A stretch of 64,000 bases of DNA, from NCBI GenBank assembly GCA_028534125.1, contig CM052816.1, forward strand, positions 23,872,001-23,936,000, in the 5' to 3' direction. Below are positions 27,399-37,191 of the stretch, in pieces. The stretch is from Lama glama. Lineage: Eukaryota. The translations under genes were made by a program, and so were the position numbers. The number at the start of each line of letters is the position of its first letter. Positions within the stretch are counted from its first letter, which is position 1. The notes beneath the pieces are model-generated. The model had not been told where the DNA came from and did no database searches. It was given only the letters and a program-made list of their open reading frames with translations.

Positions 27399-27527
27399 AC
27401 ATCGACGAGTGCAGGATCTCTCCTGACCTCTGTGGGAGTGGGGTCTGCGTCAACACGCCGGGCAGCTTTGAGTGCGAGTGCTTCGAAGGCTACGAGAGCG
27501 GCTTCATGATGATGAAGAACTGCATGG
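27399..27527 (+). CDS. FBN2: FBN2 exon ~26, cbEGF12 ([15 protein letters not shown]...MMMKNCM)
   Basis: cccag| ... |gtaagc; 129 nt. Confidence 0.96.
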
Positions 27528-28295
27528 GTAAGCCTCCCGGCTCGGAGGCCAGGCGGGCGCAGGCTCGTCAGCGCCGCCTTGGCTTGTCTCGGGGCTGTTA
27601 ACAGCATGCTTGGCAAGGAGCCGTGGCGAGAGAGAGAACAGGTCTGAATGTCAGACAGGAAATCTGCTCCCAGATAGCTCTTGGGGAGCCCCAAGCTCTT
27701 GGCGCCTTCTTGGCAGTGAGGGGTTGAGACTGGGCTTTGTTTATTTATAGAGTCTAAAATCAGCACAGACTAAGTCCTGAGGAGGGATTCACTTAAAAAT
27801 GTAGGAGCTGGGTGGTGACCCCCAGGTTTATACTGTCATGCGAATCCCACGTTGTTTTACTTACCTGGGTGTCATGACAAGCCCTCTTGGTGTTGCCCAC
27901 CTTTCAGCCACAGTTTCATTTTTAGTGACTGAGAGCACTCACCTCATGGGATACGGAAAGTGGCCCGTCCAAGATTTTTCTTTCACTTTGATTAGAGGTA
28001 GAGACATACGGTGTCTGGAGCGCAGAGTGGTATAAAGCAAATGTTGTTTCTTTTTACCTCCTGCGAGCCTGCTCATTTCATACAAGTAAATTCCTTGATA
28101 GCTCCCTATCTTTCAGAGCAGAACTCCCACCCTTTATCTGCTAAGCGTGGTGGGCAGAGCGTTAGCCCATCCTCGACTAACCTGCCCCTTGCATTGGAGT
28201 CACAGTTACCTCAGATAATGACTCTCTCCCATGCTGTGTGTGTGAACATTTTTTCCTCAGAGTTCTTTAATGCCTCTCACGTTTTTACCTTTCAG

Positions 28296-28421
28296 ACATT
28301 GACGAATGTGAACGTAACCCTCTCCTTTGTAGGGGTGGCACCTGTGTGAACACTGAGGGCAGCTTTCAGTGTGACTGCCCACTGGGACACGAGCTGTCAC
28401 CGTCACGTGAGGACTGTGTGG
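28296..28421 (+). CDS. FBN2: FBN2 exon ~27, cbEGF13 ([15 protein letters not shown]...REDCV)
   Basis: ttcag| ... |gtgagt; 126 nt. Confidence 0.96.
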
Positions 28422-29934
28422 GTGAGTTTGTCTCCTCAGCCCACAAACCCTCCCAGTGCAACTGGTGCAAACGGAGCAGGGGTCATTCTAACGGACTTGT
28501 CGTTTTGGGCGTGTGAAATCTTACTGGTTAAACTTTGGAAATTCAGAGTCCCTACATTCGAAGCCTGGCTGTGTCTTCAGAGATTGCGTCAGTGACTCAC
28601 TCAGATGAGCGGCCTTTCCCTGGTTCCCCTCTTTTCATTTCAAGCACCGTGGAAGGGACCCTGTGAGGGACCCTGTATAAGGCCTTGTAGTTCCCTCCAG
28701 GTCGGCTGCTCCCTGAAAGTTCACACCTGTGCACAGAATCCACTCTGCACCCCCGTGTCTGTCATCACCGGGTCTGCTGACCTGTGTGTGAGCACATGAG
28801 CTCCCTCCAGGCCCCTTCTCACGGAAGCACGGAGCTCTCCTTCCTGGCCCTGGGCTCAGTGGGGCTGGAGGGGTGACAAGAGAAGACCACAGCCGGTCGT
28901 GAAGCCTTGCAACCACTGCTTTTCATAAGTATATGAAGGCCTCTGGGCTTATTGGTTTCTGGTTTACTGGCTTTAGAACTTTGATTTAGTCAGGAAATGT
29001 TTTTTCCACAGGAAATCTTTTCTTGAAAGTGTAAGCAAATAAAACAGTCTAAAATAGAACAGATCCCACACCTCCAAACAAAAACATGACTTGAACACAC
29101 CTCCCTACTACACATGTATGTTTATAACCCCTATTTATGTCCCTATGCTAATGTATTAGGTGAATCTTAAATCATAGGCCAAATGGGCATTTTAAAAAGG
29201 TGAATTTAAAAGTTTTAAATATTTTTATTTCATTTTAATAGTGGTATAAAAAGCTTTTTTACACAAGTAATTCAGAATATTTACATTTGGTTCTGATACA
29301 GTGATTCACAGATCTGTTCCCAAGTTCAGTTTATTTTGTTAGTTTTCATGGATCTTATAGCTGGAAAAAAAAGTGCCCCTCGGTGGTATAGCATACCTTA
29401 TAAGACACGTATTTTTGCACCTTTAATAAAATAAACATTTCATGATGATAAACATAAATCTGTCCGTCACATCATTTTCTCTGTGATTCTGAGAATTTGA
29501 GTTGAACTTCTTCTTACATCTGATTATATTTTCACCTTAGGTTGTGTTTAAGAAGGAACTTGTGCAAGGAGGTGTCACTCTGCCATTTTCTTGCTGTTCT
29601 CGTGATTGCATTATTACTACTACTTCACAGATCTTTGCAGGAGTTTTTTTTTTTAAGACACTTGCCCATCTTATAAGGGTTTTGTTTTTTTTTTTTTTAA
29701 AGCAGGCAGTATAATCTGTAGTTCACCTGTTCAGGCACACTGAATGCATATGAAGAAAGCAGTGAGGCCCCAGTTTCAGCCCTCTGTTGTGCGGAACCAC
29801 CCATCTTCCCTCAGGACACTTGGTGTCGTTTAGGCAGCACGTGACCATCCGGTTAAGGCCAGCTGAGCATGCCCGTGTAAATTCATGTATTAAATATTAG
29901 CAAGCTTGCTTTCCAGCACGTGCTAGGTGGATGT

Positions 29935-30070
29935 GGTCTAACGTGGTACTCACTAACCACATTGGGCTATTAAAACTTAGTAAAAATTTAATAACATTAA
30001 AAATTCAGTTCCTTAGTCACACTGTGCATGTTTCGAGCACTCAGTAACAACTACACACTGGACAGCACTG
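29935..30070. mobile_element. MER3-like hAT-Charlie element
   Basis: cactaaccacattgggctatt...aaaattcagttccttagtcacact...tttcgagcactcagta...ctggacagcac. Confidence 0.65.
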
Positions 30071-30246
30071 TTGTAGGTAGAGATACAGATTCTGGCGTGT
30101 TCCCCAAATTGCCGCAGGAGATCGTTTGATGGCCCCCTGAAGTAGATAAAGTCCTTTGGAGGCCATTGCTCTGATGCAGCCTGTTCTTGAGAACTTAAGT
30201 AATGTTGTGGTTTCCTAGAACATTAATTCTCTGTATCTTATTGTAG

Positions 30247-30372
30247 ATATTAACGAATGCTCCCTGAGTGACAATCTCTGTAGAAATGGAAAATGTGTGA
30301 ACATGATTGGAACTTATCAGTGCTCCTGCAATCCTGGATACCAGGCCACGCCAGACCGACAGGGCTGCACAG
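30247..30372 (+). CDS. FBN2: FBN2 exon ~28, cbEGF14 ([15 protein letters not shown]...RQGCT)
   Basis: tgtag| ... |gtaggg; 126 nt. Confidence 0.96.
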
Positions 30373-30834
30373 GTAGGGCCTGGCCACGCGGGTCTGGAAC
30401 TTGTATTTCTCAAGTCAGTCTAGGCATAATTATGGTGCTGAGTAGGTAACAAAGTCTGTGGGAGCCTTTTGTCCTAAAAATGACTCTGAGAATGGGGAGG
30501 GGGGTCAGGTCTCTAAGATGCCATGGTTTGGTGGTTTTGCATAGGAACCTCTGACTTACTGTAGGAAACATCCTATATTTTGTATTTATATATAGATATG
30601 TATTACATCCTATATTTCTGGGTTCTTTAAGCTTAGGTTACTAGAGTTAAATGTCAAATGGAATGCTCTCTAAGAGAAAGTGAAAGCCTAATGGGACAAT
30701 GATAAGTCCGTGTGAATAATGGGGAGAAAAATCCAAATGCATTTAAATGTTGTCTGCTTAAAAGGAAGAAAAACTCTGCATCTCTTAAGAAAGTAGCCCT
30801 GACAAGTAACACAGACACAACATTGTTTTCACAG

Positions 30835-30957
30835 ACATTGATGAGTGCATGATAATGAACGGAGGCTGTGACACCCAGTGCACTAATTCAGAAGGAAGCT
30901 ACGAGTGTAGCTGCAGTGAAGGTTATGCCCTGATGCCCGATGGGAGGTCGTGCGCAG
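30835..30957 (+). CDS. FBN2: FBN2 exon ~29, cbEGF15 ([16 protein letters not shown]...GRSCA)
   Basis: cacag| ... |gtacag; 123 nt. Confidence 0.96.
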
Positions 30958-31104
30958 GTACAGAAAGCAAAATACACAGGCTCTGTGCATCAAGTTTTAT
31001 CTTACAAGTCTGGCTTCAGATGTGTTGAGTGGAACCAGACAAAAGAAATCTGAGCTTAATAAAGCCATCCTCGTTTTCATTTGGTGTTAATTCTTTGTCG
31101 TCAG

Positions 31105-31230
31105 ATATTGATGAGTGTGAAAATAATCCTGATATCTGTGACGGTGGCCAGTGCACCAACATCCCTGGAGAATACCGCTGTCTGTGCTACGATGGCTTCA
31201 TGGCCTCCATGGACATGAAAACATGCATTG
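31105..31230 (+). CDS. FBN2: FBN2 exon ~30, cbEGF16 ([15 protein letters not shown]...MKTCI)
   Basis: gtcag| ... |gtgggt; 126 nt. Confidence 0.96.
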
Positions 31231-31571
31231 GTGGGTACCGCGACAACGGGATAAGTATCCACGTATAGTCTGCGCACGCATACATGTGCATTTATGCACA
31301 TGTATGTACAAACGTGAGAAAAGGCTTTTCCGGTTTCTAAAAATTCAAACCATTGTGTCGGAAGATGTAAAGGCTGAATAGGAAGAATGGTTTGGGAAAA
31401 AAAAAAGAAATCCTTAAAGACAGTATAGTTATCTGTGATACCGTGTCCTGCAAATACATTGTATTTTAAATTCTGTGTATTTCAGTATTACGCTGTTCAG
31501 TTTAAAAGTTAGCTCTTGAATGACTCGGATGAACAAGTATTAACCAAGGTATTGAAAATAAATTTTCCCAG

Positions 31572-31697
31572 ATGTGAACGAGTGCGACTTGAATTCAAAC
31601 ATCTGCATGTTTGGGGAGTGTGAGAACACCAAGGGCTCGTTCATCTGCCACTGCCAGCTGGGGTACTCGGTGAAGAAGGGGGCCACCGGGTGCACAG
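31572..31697 (+). CDS. FBN2: FBN2 exon ~31, cbEGF17 ([15 protein letters not shown]...ATGCT)
   Basis: cccag| ... |gtgggt; 126 nt. Confidence 0.96.
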
Positions 31698-32486
31698 GTG
31701 GGTCTCAGCTCGTAGCCTTGGGTTTCGGCTTCTTACATTTCAGAGGTTGCCCTTCAGCAGCGTCCGTTCCCCAGCGCTCCTCGGGCCGCCACCCGCACGA
31801 GGCTGTGACGGCTGTGTGACGAGCAGCTGGCCCGGAGCACGTGGGATGTGTTTGGCTCGGATCTGCGGCGGGGGAGCGCGGAGCTGGCTGCAGCCTGGGT
31901 GTGGCACCTGGGCCCCGTGCTTCTGCTGTGCTTCCGGGGGCTCCTGCGGCAGTGGTCACTTTACTGCTAGGACTGCTGCCCAAATGGGTGACATGCGTCA
32001 CGAAGGGACACCTAAAGACCGGGAGGGCTCCCAGTTGTTGCTGGATTTTGCGGTTCATCTAAACTAACAAAAATCAATCTGAATTTGTTTAGACCCTTTC
32101 CCCTTTCCCTTCCTTCTCTCCCTCATCTTTTTTCTCTCATCCTCTCTCCTCTCTTTCCATTGCTGTTGCCCTCTCTTCTCCCTGCCCAAACTGCCTCTCT
32201 CCTTTTTCTTTTTTTTTGCTCACTCCATCCACTTCATCTCTTGTCCCCTTTCTGTACTAAAAAGCTGTAGCCTTCTGCATAAAGACGGGGTTGTTAGAAG
32301 TGCTTTGGGCCAAGTGTTCATTATTGCTCAGTTTAAGGCCCTCGTCTTGTGTTGCTCAAGACAGGCGGTGGGTGGCTTAGACTGCAGCCCGGGCCTTAAG
32401 CTGATGCCGCTAAGAAAGGACAAGCTAGGAAAGGAGGGGTGCTCTGCCTGCTCACTGCTAGCAGGGGTGATGTGAAGCCAGCAGTC

Positions 32487-32675
32487 GTGTGTGTGTGTGT
32501 ATGTGTTTGTGACACTGAGATTTCAGCATTATAATCTGTAATCACTGAGCTGGATAAAACAGACTATTCTAGAAAGCTTTGAGGAAACAAGGCTATTGAG
32601 TTTATAGACACATTCACATGTGTGCACAAATATATGTATATATGTAAACACACACACACACACCACACATACACA
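32487..32675. repeat. Imperfect (GT)n at 32487-32511 and (CA)n at 32648-32675
   Basis: Read directly from the sequence. Confidence 0.85.
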
Positions 32676-33329
32676 GACGTTATACATACACTGATAAAAG
32701 CATGTGGTCACTTTCCAGATAACATTTCCAGTGAATATTGTACATGTTTTCAAAAAAGTAGAAGAAAAAAACATACTGAAATGATAATTTTCAGAAACTA
32801 TGAGATATTGTGTTGATTCTGAAAATGACAAACGATTATGTAATTTTAAAAAGAGAATGAACTTTTTTTTAAACTCAGGCTTGTTTTTCATGAAAAATAG
32901 GTAATAAATATTAGTAGGAAAGAATAGCAGAGCCTCTTTTTGGAAAAAAATTTCTCTTGGCGTTGGTAATCTGACACCTTCGACGTGAAGTTTTGTCTGG
33001 GCTCAGGCAGAGGCCAGGACCCCTGGGCTAGGTAGGGGTGACACATACGTTTATCGGGGGGCAGTGGCTGCTGTACCTGACTCCTCCCCGAAACTGGCTG
33101 ACAGTTTCTGTTAGAGAAGGGCTTGTTTGATTTGGATCAAGGACTTTCAAATCCTGTTGGAGTCTAAAAAAATTTAAAATAAAAAATGTAAAAGTGATGT
33201 TAATGTTTCCTCTGTATGGTTTTAAATGTTTCCATATTTACTTTAAAATTTTGCCTGTACAGAAATATCTCGAAAGTAGAATTAATTAGCTTGTATTTTA
33301 TCTTCTTCATATTAACTACAATTTCTCAG

Positions 33330-33452
33330 ATGTGGATGAGTGTGAAATTGGTGCCCACAACTGTGACATGCATGCCTCGTGTCTGAATGTCCCGGGAAGC
33401 TTCAAATGTAGCTGCAGAGAAGGCTGGGTTGGAAATGGCATCAAATGTATTG
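33330..33452 (+). CDS. FBN2: FBN2 exon ~32, cbEGF18 ([18 protein letters not shown]...GIKCI)
   Basis: ctcag| ... |gtgagt; 123 nt. Confidence 0.96.
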
Positions 33453-34259
33453 GTGAGTAGTTTGCAAATGTAAATAATCTTGGCTAACGAACAAAATTCC
33501 TAGAGGCTCTTCTTTACACAGTTAACCCACATCCTTTAATAAGAACATGCCTCTTATTTTCCATTATTCTCTTGAAAATCAAAGGCAGTCTTTAGTTACA
33601 AGATAATTCCTGCCTGAGAGTTTCCTTTAACCTTGGTATAAATGATCAAATTACAGCAATATGCCTTGGCATCTGCTTTTTAACGTGTTGTTGTTCAGTA
33701 AAAATTATTTGATGTGCAGCCAGAAATCCAAACAGCTGTAGGATGAAAAATGACTAATATATTTTTCCAGTCTTTTCATAGAGTAATGGTGAGACTTCAA
33801 ACCCAGAAAAATAAATGAAGAGAATGAAAAGGTTTTTTTTTTTTTTTCCCAGATAACCCAAGTCTGTAGTAAGTGGTCAATCCCAGGCTCCTCCTAAAAG
33901 GCAGAATTCTCCTCTCAGAGAAATCTAAATGTTTTGGATTCTAAGAGGTCAGATTAGGAGGAGGATGGGAAGGCAGTTGCCATTCTCCAAGGTTTACAGC
34001 TCTTGAGCCGGCATCTAATAAGCCTTTTGTAGCTGTGAGGCCAGGAACTGGATCTTACCCTTGGTGTCATTCACAGCACTGCTTCATATGTTCACTGTTT
34101 TATACTCCTTAACAGTAAAGCATTTTCCAACTCATTAAAGTTCTTCAGGTCAATTTAAAGTAGAAATTAGACCAAGCAAGACCAACCTCCGCATGATTAC
34201 TTGTCAAAACCTGATAAGCCTGCGGTAAGGATTAGAGGACAGTGCCTCGTAGGTGTGCT

Positions 34260-34790
34260 CGCTCCCTCTCTGGTCCTCTTGCAATACCTTCTCCACTTAG
34301 TAGCCAGACAGATTTCTTAAACCATGAATCTGCTCTATTCATAACTGTCACTTTAATCCTTTGAATTTAGGATGAAATTCAGCTGCCTTCCCGTGGTTTA
34401 CAAGACCCTACAGACTCCTCCCACTACCTCTCAGCTCCGTCTTCCGTCATCCTCGATCTCCCTCACTGTGCCTTCTCACGCTGACCTCCTTTAGTTTCCT
34501 TTGTCACACCACGCTCTCTCCCTGCCCAGAGTCTTTATATGTGCTATTTCCTCTGCAGGAAGACCCATTCCTGCTTCTGGTCAGCAAGCCACCTCTTGCT
34601 CATCCTTCAAATGTGAAGTGAACCAAAAATTACTTCCTCAGTGGGCTTTCCTAGTTCCCACAGTCCAAATTAGGCACGCTTCTTGTTCTCTCATACCTTG
34701 TAACTTTTCTTCATGTTACATGTGTGACAATTTAATTTTCTGGTTCAACATCTGTCTTTTCTACTAGATTATGGATTTCGTGAACTCAAG
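34260..34790 (+). mobile_element. Decayed L2 LINE 3' region
   Basis: Pyrimidine-rich with L2 motifs (ggatgaaattcagctgcctt, tgctatttcctctgc, tcatccttca, tctactagattatgga); boundaries approximate. Confidence 0.55.
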
Positions 34791-34926
34791 AAGTCATGAG
34801 GTTTCCTCATCTATAAAATGAACCTGAAAACTCTGTGGGAGTTGTCCTGCTCTGAAATTCAGTAATGTCTTAAAAGTTGACCTCCTTTTTAGTGATAAGT
34901 TAGCCAATGATAAAATCCACCCCCAT

Positions 34927-35034
34927 GGGGCTAGGTATATATAGCTCAGTGGTAAAGCACATGTTTAGTGTGCATTAGGTCCTAGGTTCAATCCCCAGTA
35001 CCTCCACTAAAAAAGTAATTTAAAAAATTAACTC
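34927..35034 (+). mobile_element. tRNA-derived SINE (camelid Vic-1-like) with 13-bp TSD
   Basis: A box tagctcagtggt, B box ggttcaatccc, same body as the 22572 copy; TSD aaatccaccc(c/t)ca at 34913-34925 and 35035-35047. Confidence 0.88.
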
Positions 35035-35335
35035 AAATCCACCCTCAGTAGAAATCAGAAGGAAGTATGGCACTAGTTTTCTTTTCAACATGATAATTCT
35101 AGTTGATTAGATAGCTCACAGAATGTTTGAAGGAATAATTTTGGCCTGTTTTGGTAGCATGAACGTTTGGATCACAGGTTGAAGGTCTTAGTTAGAAGTG
35201 TGACTTTACAAATAAACTAAAACACATTCCATTTGGCCAGTTCATGTTTAAATTAAGACAAATGAAAATGTTTTGAATGTTTAAATACTCCATTTTCGTT
35301 TCTGAACTTTTTTGCTGTATTCTCTTGACATGCAG

Positions 35336-35458
35336 ATCTGGATGAATGTTCTAATGGAACCCACCAGTGCAGCATAAATGCTCAGTGTGTCAACACCCCA
35401 GGCTCCTACCGATGTGCCTGCTCCGAAGGGTTCACTGGAGATGGCTTTACCTGCTCAG
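35336..35458 (+). CDS. FBN2: FBN2 exon ~33, cbEGF19 ([18 protein letters not shown]...GFTCS)
   Basis: tgcag| ... |gtgggt; 123 nt. Confidence 0.96.
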
Positions 35459-35704
35459 GTGGGTGAGAGTCCTGAGGTGTGTTCTAGCGTGACTCTCATG
35501 GAACACTCTATATGTTTTACTCATTGGAAGAAATCTGTAGTTAAAGGAGGCTGAAATCACTACTTCTGTTTTTACACTTGGCTTACAAATGAATATGTAC
35601 CTCCCTCTTACATTAAACACAAAAACCTGGAAAAAATTTAAATAGTGACATTTATTACTGTCAGGTACTATTAAGGAGTGTCATTTCCTTTTACTCATTA
35701 ATTA

Positions 35705-35838
35705 ACACAGTGGTTAAAAAAGCAGGCTCCAAATCAGACCACCTGGATTCAGATTTTGCCTGTGCTGCTTACTGGCCGTGTAGCCTCAAGTAAATTACTT
35801 AACTTGTGCAGTCTTAGTGCCTTCGTTTTGAAACGGAC

Positions 35839-35842
<4 letters not shown>
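35705..35842 (+). mobile_element. MIR SINE 5' part, running into a TAA microsatellite
   Basis: cagtggttaaaaaagcaggctcc...cctggattcagatt...tgctgcttactggccgtgtagcctcaagtaaattacttaac. Confidence 0.75.

Positions 35843-35888
<46 letters not shown>
35843..35888 (+). repeat. (TAA)15 perfect microsatellite
   Basis: Direct read. Confidence 0.95.
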
Positions 35889-35889
<1 letters not shown>

Positions 35890-37065
35890 GCCTTTTTCTT
35901 TTATGTCACTGAATGAAAGATAGATGGGAAAACTCTTCATCTTCTTAAAATACGATCTATGACCTTCCCAATCACTGCTGTTCACTGTGTTTATCAAAAT
36001 CTCAGCTTATCACATGGCATTGAAAGGGTTAAATGGAATAATACAAGTGAGGGACTTCGAAAAATGCATCATAAGATCTCAATAAATATGAGTAACTTCA
36101 TTCCGCATTCCTTGAGGATGAAACATCCACTCAGTATCTTCGTATAAAAGACTAGATTATCTTGCTGGAAATAAAGCATGATACTTTTACGTTTGAAAGA
36201 TTGGTGTTTCTCAGTTGAATTTCAGTACACACGTTAAGCCCCAAATTAAAAGACAGACTAATTTTTTCTAATTATTGACATCAAACATACAGACCTACAG
36301 TTTTCTAATGCCTCTTTAAGGAAACATGTTTTTTTTCCATTGTAAAGCTACATTACTTTTATACCTCGGAAGCTTCATCTTGCTTAGCGTGTTTTTGCAC
36401 CCTGGTGTGAAGGAAAGGGCATGGGTTATTGAACTAAATGACAGCGTGCGTGTCAGGCGGCTCCACACTCCCTAGCAAATATTAGGTCCTCAGTAAGCAT
36501 TGGATTCTGCCCTTCCCTCACATTTTTCCATTTGATTCAAGTAAATTATCTTTAAGATCTATGAATAATGCTCATTTGCTTAGTGAAAATAAGAATGTTT
36601 TAATGGGATTGTAATGGCATGCCAAAGAAACTTTCCTCACTCCCACGGAGTATCCCTAATTTGCTTAAAAACACTTGAACTAGTGAAAGAAAGAGTTGTT
36701 TATTCTAATACTGTAATGCTTTCATATGAACTAACACCCTACTAAGATTAATTCCAACGTTCTCGGTTATGTCTAAATGATGTTGGTACAATACTCATGC
36801 GTCAGATTTGCATTTAAGTGAACGGAGACAAATGTGGGAAACAGCTCATCCCTCCTGTTAATCGCAGTGGAATTGAGTACTAGGGGGTAGGTCAAATAGC
36901 TCCGCTCTCAAGTTGTATACCCTTATTTGGGTGGATGTGATTAATTGTTGTTTCATGTTAATGAGCAGTAACTCAAGCCAGGGAGATTGATTTAGTTATA
37001 GAGCAAGGAAAATATGTCTCATGGAATTTGGAACTTAATAGAGATGTAATTTGCTGCTTCGACAG

Positions 37066-37191
37066 ATGTTGATGAGTGTGCGGAAAACATAAATCTCTGT
37101 GAGAACGGACAGTGCCTCAATGTCCCGGGTGCATATCGCTGCGAGTGCGAGATGGGCTTCACTCCAGCCTCAGACAGCAGGTCCTGCCAAG
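37066..37191 (+). CDS. FBN2: FBN2 exon ~34, cbEGF20 ([15 protein letters not shown]...SRSCQ)
   Basis: gacag| ... |gtgggt; 126 nt. Confidence 0.96.

Noticed and set aside
34927..35005. tRNA gene
   Set aside because: It has A and B boxes but no intact cloverleaf, and it carries an A-rich tail, a TSD and a second diverged copy, so it is a SINE.
35749..35997. Poly-tyrosine protein ORF on the minus strand
   Set aside because: Artefact of the (TAA)15 microsatellite.
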